Below are positions 25,674-37,304 of a DNA stretch of 64,000 bases, piece by piece. Source of the stretch: Octopus vulgaris (taxonomy: Eukaryota); the NCBI GenBank assembly GCA_951406725.2, contig OX597814.1:125488001-125552000 (forward strand), given 5' to 3'. Each line of letters opens with the position of its first letter. The stretch's first letter is position 1. Below the pieces are notes generated by a model. That model did no database searches, was not told the origin of the DNA, and was given only the letters and a program-made list of their open reading frames with translations. The translations under genes and the position numbers were made by a program.

Positions 25674-25878
25674 CTGGGACCTTGAAGACTGCTTTAATGC
25701 AAGAAAGTATACTAGACCCTTAATATTTGATATTCAATATTTCATCTATTCAATAAGACAATCAATACTTCATTTCATTTTACACTATATATACTATTTA
25801 TACAATATATTCTATATTCTACATTAATATTTTAAAGAATATAAATAAAACAAAAAAATAGACAGAGTTGGAATTCCT

Positions 25879-25882
<4 letters not shown>
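25668..25882 (+). mobile_element. Penelope-type terminal-repeat fragment in (TA)n with degenerate hammerhead
   Basis: TTGAAGA..TGC/GCA..GAAAGTATACTA motif. The end AATAAAAC..AGAC..GTTGGAATTC is shared with 46095-46285. Confidence 0.6.
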
Positions 25883-25924
<42 letters not shown>

Positions 25925-25935
25925 GAATATTCTTC

Positions 25936-25976
<41 letters not shown>

Positions 25977-25987
25977 GAATATTCTTC

Positions 25988-26030
<43 letters not shown>

Positions 26031-26041
26031 GAATAGTCTTC

Positions 26042-26104
<63 letters not shown>

Positions 26105-26160
26105 GAATATCTTCTATATATATATATATATATATATATATGCAGAAGACTGTTCCGATT
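25883..26160. repeat. Compound tandem repeat [ATCGGAATATTCTTCTGC(AT)n] x4 with a final inverted unit
   Basis: Units at ~25921, 25972, 26026 and 26101. Inverted GCAGAAGACTGTTCCGAT at 26142-26159. Confidence 0.85.
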
Positions 26161-26750
26161 TAGGCCTGCATGTTTTTGTGAGCCACCAACAAATTTATAA
26201 ACTTCCTAGCATGTCCGGCATGTTACGCAATCTTTCATCACGAACATACTGTAATCAACCTTTTGTTAGACCTGGTCATTTCGTTAGTGATTTGGGAGCC
26301 CTGCCTGAGAAAGACATATATCACAGGCTAAGTTCACCGCATTCCACTTCACAAATTGCGCGTTTACGTGCAGATCACTTAGATTCTCCATGATAAATGT
26401 GCGCTTTTTGCAAAAATAGCCATATCATCCTTTATCCATTTCTCCATTAGAGGCGATCAAAAGCTTTTCTTTCCCAGTTGACATCCTTTATTTCAAATAC
26501 TTTCAACGAAGACATTACGCAGTCCTTAAACGGTGGACTTGGTTTGCACGGAGAAAGCCTCCCATATACCAGCATCTGCTTTGAAATCTTCTGATCATTC
26601 ATTCGTACAAGGTCCAACGTAAACGCTGCTTGTGTATTAATACGCCAATTTTCAAAACCGCTGAGTTCAAAGGCTGTTAAAAACCAGCTGACATTCAGAA
26701 TGCCTTTACCGTAAATGATATTTGCACATCAGAGATATGCAAATATCAGG
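26161..26750 (-). mobile_element. Degraded RTE-clade LINE 3' portion
   Basis: Minus-strand fragments ILNVSW, LVRMNDQKISKQML.YG, FKDCVMSSLKVFEIKDVNWE and Cys/His finger remnants. Confidence 0.7.
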
Positions 26751-27086
26751 TTACAAGTTATGTACGTATTTATACAAATCCCACTTGATTGAAATAAAAC
26801 TCTCCCAACTTAATTTGTTCGCATCTCATTTGAATTCTGTGAAGAAGAGTTTCGATAAATTTCAAGGAAAATATGTCTTATCTTTTTCTCTATTTGCTTC
26901 TTCCTGTCACTAGGCTGCGGTCATGCAGAGGCACCACCTGGAGGGGTTTAGTGGAACGAACCGACGCCGGTACATGTTTTCAAGTTCGGTGTTTATTCTA
27001 TCGATCTCTTTTACTGATCTATCCACAAAGTTACGGGTACCAAAATTAATCAACACCGGATGTCAAGCGGTGAAAGATAAATATAG

Positions 27087-27117
<31 letters not shown>

Positions 27118-27174
27118 ATCACACGTACACAAATACACACGCGCGCACACACGCACACATATATATATATAATA

Positions 27175-27383
27175 TATTTCTTTATTGCCCACAAGGGGCT
27201 AAACATAGAGGGGACAAACAAAGACAGACAAACGGATTAAGTCAACTACATCGACCCCAGTGCGCAACTGGTGCTTTATTTATCGACCCCGAAAGGATGA
27301 AAGGCAAAGTCGACCTCGGCGGTGTTTGAACCCAGAACGTAACGACAGATGAAATACTGCTGAGCATTTCGCCCGGCGTGCTA
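27175..27383 (-). mobile_element. SINE family A
   Basis: Reverse complement of family A. Confidence 0.88.
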
Positions 27384-27409
27384 GGAGTAGCTGTGTGATA
27401 AGAAGCTAT

Positions 27410-27575
27410 AGGCACTGAAGTGACAGTGTGGCAAGAAGCTTGCGTCCCAACCACATGGTTTCGGGTTCAATCCCACTGTGTGGCAACTATAGCAAGTGTC
27501 TTCTACTGTAGCCTCAGGCTGACCAAAGCCATGTGAGTGGATTTGGTAGACGGAAACTGAAAGAAACCCGTCGTT

Positions 27576-27633
<58 letters not shown>

Positions 27634-27817
27634 TATGTATTTGTGTCTAGGCTCCCCACCATCGCTTGACAACCGATATTGGTGTATTTACGTCCCCGTG
27701 ATCTTGCGGTTCGGCAAAAGGGACAAAGAGAATAAGTACTAGGCTCACATAGAATAAGTCCTTGGATCGATTTGTTCCACTAAAGGTGGTGCTCCAGCAT
27801 GGAGGCAGTCAATTGAC
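27410..27817 (+). mobile_element. SINE family B
   Basis: Family B match with internal (TG)n. Confidence 0.88.
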
Positions 27818-27843
27818 AGGCATACATACATATACACAGAATA

Positions 27844-27890
<47 letters not shown>

Positions 27891-28230
27891 ACTGCGGGCT
27901 TCCATACAGTTTTCGGAGTTATTAGTAGTGCAAGGCAACAGCCCGAGGTACCATGTAGGGGAAATGAATCCCGAATATAGTTGCAACGCAAGATTCCTAA
28001 CTACATAGCCATGCCCGCATCAACATATATACACATATCATTCTTTTGGGAAATGCTGGATATTTTAAAGAAAATAAATCTATAAATAAGAATGCGCAAA
28101 TATTGGGTTAAAAACCCGCTGGATAGAAAATGTCGAAGACTGCATGCGGGACACGAACCTACATCACCTGAAGAACATGACAAAGGTTCTTTATGACGTC
28201 AACATGTATATATATATATATATATATATA

Positions 28231-28492
28231 TCTTATTATAAAAGGCAGATTTTATCTGCCTCCCTTTGGTTATACAAATCTACAATATAGGATTTCTTCA
28301 ATTACAATTTACCTAGCATTTTTGAGAGTACAATGCATCGCGTCATGCCAGGTCCAGTTTTTAAAATTTAAACTCCAATTAAGCAAAATTTACAGAAAAC
28401 TCACATTCTGGTGTGTGTGTCAAATGCTTTTCTTAGTCTGGTTTACACCACACGCAAACGCACACACACAGTGGGCAACGAATAAAATGAAA
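28231..28492 (+). mobile_element. Helitron-like 5' segment (type 2), copy 1
   Basis: Starts TCTTATTATAAAAGG after an A. About 260 bp are almost identical to 30033-30297. Confidence 0.65.
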
Positions 28493-28926
28493 GTAAATAG
28501 CGACAGAGTGATTTGAGGAAGACTAAAGTGAAAGTATTCTGTCTATGACGCTGATAGATACATGAGTAAAATGTATGGGAAGCTAAGAGCTAAGAGTGAG
28601 TGAAAATGTTCTTGGAAGAGAGTAATTAGTAATAAAGTAAACATACACTCATACATACATACATACATACATACATACATACATACATACATACACACAC
28701 ACACATACACACACACATACATACACACACACATACATACATACACACATACATACATACATACATATACATACATACATACATATACATACATACATAC
28801 ACACATACACACACACACAGTATTGAAGCTTGAGAACAATCAGATACATTTGCAACACATCTGTTGAAAATATTATTGTTCACACACATACATATACATA
28901 TATACATACAGACAGACAGACAGATA

Positions 28927-28962
<36 letters not shown>

Positions 28963-29019
28963 ATCCAGCATGGCCACAACCTCAAGGCTGAAACATATAA
29001 AAGAATAACAGAATATAAA

Positions 29020-29380
29020 TGTGTGCAAAGTACAAGAAATATTAAGGCAGTATATGGGGATTGGACAATAAGCGTAAGGCAGTGTCAATGGTGGTTCCAG
29101 AAATCCCGAGCCATAAACTACAGCCTAGAAGACGAGCCTCATCCTGAAAGATCTGTAGAACTCGACAAGGACATCCTGAAAACCCTGGTGGAACAAAATA
29201 TCATCGTAACTGTTGAGGAACTAGCAGAGAAGCTTGGATTTGGTCATTCAACCATTCATTGACACCTGTGTGCTATCGGAAAAGTCAGCAAATTGGGTCA
29301 ATGGGTTCCTCACGAACTTTCCGAGTCTAATTGCATGCAGAGAGTGAATGTATGCTTTTCTTTGCTGTCATATCTCACCA
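29020..29380 (+). mobile_element. Mariner transposase N-terminal fragment
   Basis: RNIKAVYG..VRQCQWWFQK..SLEDEPH..TVEELAEKLG..KVSKLGQWVPHELS. Confidence 0.88.
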
Positions 29381-29397
29381 CTACTGCGCTATGTATA

Positions 29398-30032
29398 TCT
29401 ATATATATAAAACTGTAGTTGTGTGAGTGTCTGTCCCCTTCGATTTAGATTCCTAACTACTCCCACATTTTGCGGTACAGTTTAACCAAATTTGGGTAGC
29501 TTATAGTCGTGATTCATATCGAGCCCGCCTGAGTATTAGCGCGCGTCTATGATGAGTCTACGATTTTTAAAATAATTTAACATCATTTTTTATTCCATTT
29601 TAATGCATAATTTTTCGTGTGTCGATGGAGGCGGAGTTGGCGTCCACGCTCACACCTGCACCTGTGGGGAAGGGAGTGTAAGGAAATCAACGTCGTAATG
29701 CGTTGTCAAGGAGACCAGTGTTCTTTTAGAACAACGACTTCATGGCTTGAAGACACCAAAACAGAAATGGCTAAGAAAGCGTCTACATGAGTCTACGATT
29801 TAAAAAAATTTACCATCGTTTTTTTTCCATTTTAATGCATTTTTTCGCTATTATATAAGGGAAGTAACTCTCTAAAAATGTCTACGATGAGTCAACGATT
29901 TAAAAAAAAATTTACCATCATATTTTTTCCATTTTTAATGCATTTTTTGGTATTTTTTGGCTATAACTCTCTAAAAATGCTTATATAGTTATTTCCCTTA
30001 CAAACCCGAGCAACGCCGGGCGATACTGCTAG
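29398..30032 (+). mobile_element. Non-autonomous Helitron (type 1), copy 1
   Basis: 5' TC, subterminal hairpin CCCGAGCAACGCCGGG, 3' CTAG, inserted between A and T. Second copy at 31596. Confidence 0.88.
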
Positions 30033-30297
30033 TCTTATTATAAAAGGCAGATTTTATCTGCCTCCCTTTGGGAGTTATACAAATCTACAATATAGGATTT
30101 CTTCAATTACAATTTACCTAGCATTTTTAAGAGTACAATGCATCGCGTCATGCCAGGTCCAGTTTTCAAAATTTAAACTCCAATTAAGCAAAATTTACAG
30201 AAAACTCACATTCTGGTGTGTGTGTCAAATGCTTTTCTTAGTCTGGTTTACACCACACGCAAACGCACACACACAGTGGGCAACGAATAAAATGAAA
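30033..30297 (+). mobile_element. Helitron-like 5' segment (type 2), copy 2
   Basis: Begins with TC immediately after the CTAG of the previous Helitron. Duplicate of 28231-28492. Confidence 0.65.
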
Positions 30298-30545
30298 CTA
30301 ATTCACTTACTGTAGTGAGTGATTCTTTCACACTGCCTCCCACTTCCTCTTTCCACACATAGACACGCAAATATATAAATAAAATTGTAAGCTAACGTGC
30401 GTGTGTGTCTGTGTGTGTGTGTGTGTGTGCGCGTGTGTGTGTATGTGAGGGTGCGTGTGTGTGTGTGTGTGTGTGTGCGTGTGCGTGAGTGTGTGACAGG
30501 AAAGTTTTTACGATGAATATAAGACCTATATCCAAGTAGCAGAAA

Positions 30546-30808
30546 GATAAGACAGTAAGGTGTGATTTGAGGGAGATTTGGCTGCTATTTCTACCATGTC
30601 TAGCTGCCATGTAGGGGTCTCTCTCATAGGCCCATACATATATACATAGATAAGACAGTAAGGTGTGATTTGGGGGAAATTTGGCTGCTATTTCTACCAG
30701 GTCTAGCTACCATGTAGAGGTCCCCCTCATTGGCTCATATATATATACATACATAAGACAGTAAGGTGTGATTTGAGGGAGATTTGGCTGCTGTTTCTAC
30801 CAGGTCTG
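30546..30808. repeat. Tandem repeat of ~104 bp x2.5, derived from an old SINE (family G) segment
   Basis: ATAAGACAGTAAGGTGTGATTTG..ATTTGGCTGCT occurs three times. The same motif is dispersed at ~39.55, 47.5 and 59.4 kb. Confidence 0.8.
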
Positions 30809-31168
30809 TTAGGCCTTCTCATGTAAACTCAAGCTTTCTCATGCCTTGAACATAAGACCAAAGCAGAGAATGTATTCTTTTATTCTTCTGCTTTTTCCAG
30901 CCATTGGTCTGTGGCCATGCTGGGGCAATGCCTTGAAGAATTGTAGCTTAATGAATCAACTCCAGTTTTTTTTTTGTAAGCATTGTACTTATTCTATCTG
31001 TTTCCTTTGTCAAACCACTAGGTGACAGGGATGTAAACAAACCAACATTCGTTGTCAAGCAGTGGTGGAGGACAATCACAAGCACAGACACGCACACACA
31101 CACACATACATGCATACACATATACACACATACATACATACATATATATATATGTGTGTATATATATA

Positions 31169-31427
31169 TTGCAGCGTGGAAGGTGTTTGTAAGCCATTTA
31201 AGAAACACACAAAAACCGTTACATTCACTTCAACATTTAAATTTAATTTGCCAAAATATTTTCGTCGCTTTGAGACCGCGACCTGTTCACTGACAAAAAT
31301 ATCGTGCTAACAGGTCGCGGTCTCAAAGCGACGAAAATATTTTGACAAATTAAATTTAAATGTTGAAGTGAATCTAACGGTTTTTGTGTGTTTCTTAAAT
31401 GGCTTATAAACACCTTCAACGCTGCAA
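31169..31427. repeat. Long inverted repeat (119-bp arms, 21-nt spacer)
   Basis: 31169-31287 is the reverse complement of 31309-31427 with about 4 mismatches. Confidence 0.92.
31247..31297 (-). ncRNA. Candidate minimal type-I hammerhead ribozyme, G3:C8 core variant
   Basis: TTTGTCA-GTGAACA-G-GTCGC-loop-GCGAC-GAAA-ATATTT-TGGCAAA gives helix I, helix II and a palindromic helix III. Confidence 0.6.
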
Positions 31428-31595
31428 CTGTTTTCGTTCCAGCACACGATCTCAGATCAAGTCACTTGCTATGCAAGTACATCTCTGTAACTATATATAT
31501 ATTTATATATATATATATATATATATGTATATTGGTAAAAACAGTAAGATAACAAAAGAAAGAAAGAGACCTCAATATTATGTAAATAGAGGAAA

Positions 31596-31990
31596 TCTTT
31601 ATATATAAAAGTGAGGTTGTGTGTCTGTCTCCTACGATTTAGATTCCTAACTACTCCCACATTTTGCGGTGCAGTTTAACCAAAACCGGGTATCTTATAG
31701 TCGTGATTCATATCGAGACCGTCTGGGTATTAGCGCGCGTCTACGATGAGTCTACGATTAAAAAAAAAATTTACCATCAATTTTTCCCATTGTTAATCCA
31801 TTTTTGACATATATAAGGGAAGTAACTCTCTAAAATTTATTATTAAATCTCAGAACGTAAAAAGCTACAGTAACACCCCTCCCCCTTTGTGGTTAGCCAT
31901 ATTGAGATGGCTATTATACTTTACATCTCTAAAAGTGCTTATATAATTATTTCCCTTACAAACCCGAGCAACGCCGGACGATACTGCTAG
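31596..31990 (+). mobile_element. Non-autonomous Helitron (type 1), copy 2
   Basis: 5' TC, hairpin CCCGAGCAACGCCGGA, 3' CTAG, A|T insertion site. Confidence 0.88.
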
Positions 31991-31997
31991 TATATAT

Positions 31998-33057
31998 TGT
32001 TACGGGTTTAACTAGTGCAGTGTTTCTGACCCACATCGTGGATATGGTTCCAGTATGTCTGGTGAAAATGTGACAGTCTTTTGTCTAATGGAGGACTAAT
32101 GGGTTTTGGAATGACCTGTGACCTCGTGCGGCTGAGAAGAGGGTCAGTGAGAAGTGAAAGAAAAGGGACAGATTAAGGGCTGAGAGCAAATAGAGATAGA
32201 GTATAAGCAGTAAGGGACGATGGTGAGGCTAAGAGTCTGTAGGCGATATAGATAGAGTAAGGAATGAGATAGCAAATAGAAAGGCTATAAGAGGGAGATG
32301 AGGGAGTGGAAGCGAGGACAGAGACGAAGTGAGGTCTTGGCAGTCGTTGAGCGGTCGTCGAGGAACACAGACGGATCTTGGAGTCGCTGGCCGGTCCTCG
32401 AAGAAGACAGACGGACCTTGGATTTAGGGAGCAAGCGTTGGAATTCTTAGGAGCAAGTTGGATGCGAGAAAGCTTGGCGGCACAGAAGGGAATTAGCAGT
32501 ATTCAGAGGAATTAGCAGTATTGAGAGGAATGGGACACTGGCAGATTCAATTAGGAATTGAGGTATGTGTTTGTGCATTGATATGTGTCACGGTGTATTG
32601 AACAGTGAAAAGAACAGTCAAGGACTCTGTCGATGTGGTCGATAAAGGACATTGTGAAGAAGAAGAGTAAAGGACTTGTTGATTGTGATGTTTAGGAAGA
32701 GACTTTAAAGAACTGTTGTCTTGGGACGTGTACTCTTGAATTGTTACATGATGTTGTATTATGCTTTGAGTTGTACTCTTGAAATGCTGTTGTATTATGT
32801 ATTGAGTAGTCACGTGCATGCTTTGATGTATCTTGATGTTGTAACAATTGTAATTGTCATATAAACTGTTGTTTGAATATAAGCCAGTGTTGCCAGTTGT
32901 TGCCTTGCCTCTTTGGGTTGTATCTCGGGTTGTGCCTCTGTATCTCTGTGCTGTGGTTGTGGTTGTATCTGTTTCTCTCCTCTCTCCGCCTCTTTGGGTT
33001 CCGTGGCGGAACTTGAGTGGGCCGTTCGGGCGAGTGACGACGGGGGATTCCGTAACA
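31998..33057. mobile_element. Solo LTR (probably Gypsy-type)
   Basis: Termini TGTTACGG...CCGTAACA (8-bp inverted, TG..CA), ATAT on both sides, ~1060 bp, no coding capacity. Confidence 0.75.
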
Positions 33058-33146
33058 ATATATATATATATATATATATATTTTACTATAAAATTGGATT
33101 TAATCCTAAATCTGATTTTTCCCTGTAAGTTTGGATTTATTCCCTA

Positions 33147-33183
<37 letters not shown>

Positions 33184-33185
<2 letters not shown>

Positions 33186-33382
33186 CTTTTATGCTTTTAA
33201 GTCATGTGACTGCGGCAAAGCTGGTGTACCGCCTTTAGCCGTGCACATAGATCTCTGGACTTATTCTTTGTAAGCCTAGTACTTATTCTATCGGTCTCTT
33301 TTAGGGACGTAAACACACCAGAATCGGCTGTCAAGCGATATTGGGGCGACAAACACAAAGCACATATAAATATATGCACACG

Positions 33383-33454
<72 letters not shown>

Positions 33455-33621
33455 CACGACGGTCTTCTTTTAGTTTCCGTCTAACAAAATCCACTGACAA
33501 GGGTATGGTTGGCCGGAGGCTATAGTAGAAAACACTTGCCCAAGGTGCCACGCAGTGGGACTGAACCCGTAACTATGTGGTTGGTAAGCAAGCTACTTAC
33601 CACATAGCCACTCCTGCGCCT
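33184..33621 (-). mobile_element. SINE family B, full length
   Basis: Family B match with a long internal (TA)n. Confidence 0.9.
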
Positions 33622-33630
33622 ATATATATG

Positions 33631-33673
<43 letters not shown>

Positions 33674-34444
33674 ACACACACATATATCTATGTATATTAT
33701 ACTAGAGCTGCTTTTATTTCATATGTAAATTTTGTTTTAAGTATGGAATTTCCGGGCATTCCAGCTCACACCTTCAACTCAGGCAGGTAGGTGCTGTTGA
33801 TAAGCCACAAAAATAGCGAAATATCGATGTCCATCACTCCCGAATGGGATTGGGGTGAGTTATCTCCCCTGTCCATAGTTTTAACACCGGCGATATACGA
33901 GTTATATACTCTGCTACGCCACTGCAGCCAGTAGAAAATACACAAAGGATATACATTAGTTAATAACTGAAAGAATTTAATAAAAGCAGCTAAATATGCA
34001 ACATTATGAAAATAGTTCAAACTGAAGTCCTTCTTGAGCGACACATTTTTCCATAAAGTATTTATGGAATTTTGTTTTACTGTCGGGTGACTTTTGACCA
34101 ATCTGTAAATATTATGGACATCTTTCAGGACAGAAAGAGAGAAAGATGGGGTTAGTTAGCTCCACCAACGCGATGGCAAGTTGGGCCTATAACTTTCTGG
34201 TCACTGCAACCGCCTTAGCTTGCTGAGACACTGTTGTCAGACCTCCAAGTCTGAAAAGCGGGATCGGATTGTGCAAACTGGCATTCTGTTAAAACTACTA
34301 AGTGTATGCGAAACGGAAAGCCCTACAGTGTCAAAGATCACTTTACATAGCCACTTGCGGGCGTTACCCACTTCCATATGATATTGGAACACGAAGAAAC
34401 AGCGATCACACACACACACACACAAGCTCATAGATATACTCATT

Positions 34445-34638
34445 TACTCTTTTACTTGTTTCAGTCATTTGACTACGGCCATGCTGGAGCACCGTCTTTT
34501 GTCGAGCAAAGACTATTCTTTGTAAGCCTAGCACTTATTCTATCGCGGTTTTTTTTTTGACGAGCCGTTAAGTTACGGAGATGTAAACACGCCAGTATCA
34601 GTTGTCAAATGATGTTGAGGGGAACAAACACAGACACA

Positions 34639-34721
<83 letters not shown>

Positions 34722-34884
34722 GACGGGCTTCTTTCAGTCTCTGTCTACCGAATCCACTCACAAGGCTTTGGTCGGCCCGAGACTATAGTAGAAGGCACTT
34801 GCCCAAGGTGCCACGCAGTGGGACTGAACCCAGAACGATGTGGTTAGTAAGCAAGCTACTTACCACACAGCCACTCCTGCGCCT
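34445..34884 (-). mobile_element. SINE family B, full length
   Basis: Family B match with internal (CA)n(TA)n. Confidence 0.9.
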
Positions 34885-36421
34885 GAACATGTAATCAGTT
34901 TATCAACAGAATGTATTTAGCAACGCTTTTGAAACTGCTTCACATTACAAACATGATAAATAAGTAGAAGAGATAACAAGGAAAGTGCGATATACTAACC
35001 CTCTACGCAGCAACAATTTGGATCAACCAGGAATGAGGTAGTGACCGATAAAAACGTGTGACAGCTTAGAAATAACGGATTTAAACAATACAGTAACAGA
35101 ATAACAATGTAATTATAAAACCCATCTTCAAATACCGGACATACATACATACATACATACATACATACATACATACATACATACATAAAATAAATCCATG
35201 GCACCGTATGTATGTACATACATACATGCATACATACATACATACATTCTTGGATAAGATAACAGGCGCTTGAAGGTCGCGGTGGTATATAACTTGAGTC
35301 GCAGGAAAAAGAATTTGATGTACATGAACGTGTGTTTATATGTATGTATATATGTATAAATATCTATCTATTTATCTCTGTCCCTCCATACCTCTCTCTT
35401 CTCTCTCCTTCTATCTCTCTCTTTCTTTCTCTCTGTCTATCTGTATGTATGTAAGTATGTATGTATGTATGTATGTATGTATGTATGTATGTATGTATGT
35501 ATGTATAGAAGTAGGCGTTCGGCTTAGTATAGCGTATTGCACTCGTGATTACTGCACCGTGTGTTCGATTCCCGGACCAGACGGCTTACCCAATTGCAGC
35601 TGAACGGATTGGAGCATCGGGAAAGCAAGTGTTTTTGCTCAAAAAACACAATGCGATCGCCGTTTTGGAGTCGAAACCACGATCTTCCAATCGCGAATGC
35701 ATCATGTGTGTATATGTATGTATACATCTATGTATGTGTCAATGCGTGTGTGCCTGTGTAACAGCTTTTCTTTTAAACGCACGACTGAACATCAGTTTTA
35801 TCATTATTGTTTGTATTTTATGAAGGTTTGTTCCTTATTTCCTTATTAAACCTTTATAGTTTGTTCGGAACAATAAAGTTGGTGAGTCCATCGACATTTC
35901 TAGACCTTTCTCTTGGTCTTATCATCTGGGGGAACTGTTTATTATCGCTGTTCTGTATTACCATTTATTGTAGGTGAGATTCATGTGAGTGATGTGCTTT
36001 GTCTCTTTCCAAGTTCTTATCGCAGGGTTTTGACATTTTTTTTTCTTTGAGCCATTAACGTCACAGTTCTTTCAGTAACCAGAAGATAAAACTAAGAAGG
36101 TTAAGAAATGTCCTTGTGCCATGGATTTATTGTTCCAAACAATGTATAAAAGACTAATAATGAAGTATGAAATATTCTTGCTAAAAATAAAATATAACTA
36201 GAGCGTAATTGTGTTTTTACAACAGCACTCAAACATACACATACGCATACATATGCACAAGCATACATCATACACATCACATAACACACCATACAAACAT
36301 ATACACACGCATCAACACAACCGCACTTATACAAATCACATACATGGACGCACAAATGTATATATATAGAGAGAGGGGGAGAGAGAGAGGACTGAGAGAC
36401 AGAGGGAGGAGGAGAAAAGGG

Positions 36422-36453
<32 letters not shown>

Positions 36454-36856
36454 AAGAGAGACAGACTGACAGAGAAAAGCCATAGGAATTTAGAAACTTG
36501 GAAAATGTGAAATAATTAATTTTGGAAAAGTGAATCTCGAAGCAGAATGTAAACATTGGGTTACAAAAACACTTAAGATTGAAAAAGTCGAAGGCTGCCA
36601 GTGGGACTTGAACCCACGTTTCGTTTAAACATGACAGGCGTTCTGTTCGACTCTTTCTGTCCAAAAGGTTTTAATCCAAGATCTTTACGATATTATGTAT
36701 AGCTTTATCTGCTTCAAGATACCTCCCCAGTTCCATATACACACATACTCACACAAGTAAACACATACACACACACACACACACAGGGAAGCCCATAAGG
36801 TAGAAAAGTAGTACTCAGCTATCAAAAGCATATATGTACATATATGTCTCTGTGTC

Positions 36857-36913
<57 letters not shown>

Positions 36914-37083
36914 CCTTTATCAGTTTACTCTTGTGGGTTCGACCTCGAACCCATAAGAGTAATCAAAAGAGACAGAGACAGGCAGAAACAAGGAAAATGC
37001 CGCTTGTATTTGAATACTATACAAATATTATTTTAAAAACTTTTCTTTTAATTTTTCCTAAATTTAATTGTCTTCCATACTTA

Positions 37084-37119
37084 CAGTTGAAAAACTCTCA
37101 ATGACTGAAACCGGTACTG
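37084..37119 (+). ncRNA. Candidate minimal hammerhead ribozyme, U3:A8 core variant
   Basis: CAG-TTGAAAA-ACTC-TCAAT-GACT-GAAA-CCGG-TA-CTG. One helix II mismatch. Lies in a (TA)n-bounded element at 36911-37170. Confidence 0.5.
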
Positions 37120-37168
37120 AAATGTTTTTTATAAAATTATTTTAACACTTTCTACCTTGACTTTTTTT

Positions 37169-37203
<35 letters not shown>

Positions 37204-37237
37204 GATCGAACGCCACGCGTGCACACGCATATACACA

Positions 37238-37304
<67 letters not shown>

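Noticed and set aside
25883-26160. CRISPR-like repeat-spacer appearance
   Set aside because: The spacers are pure (TA)n, the context is eukaryotic and there are no cas genes.
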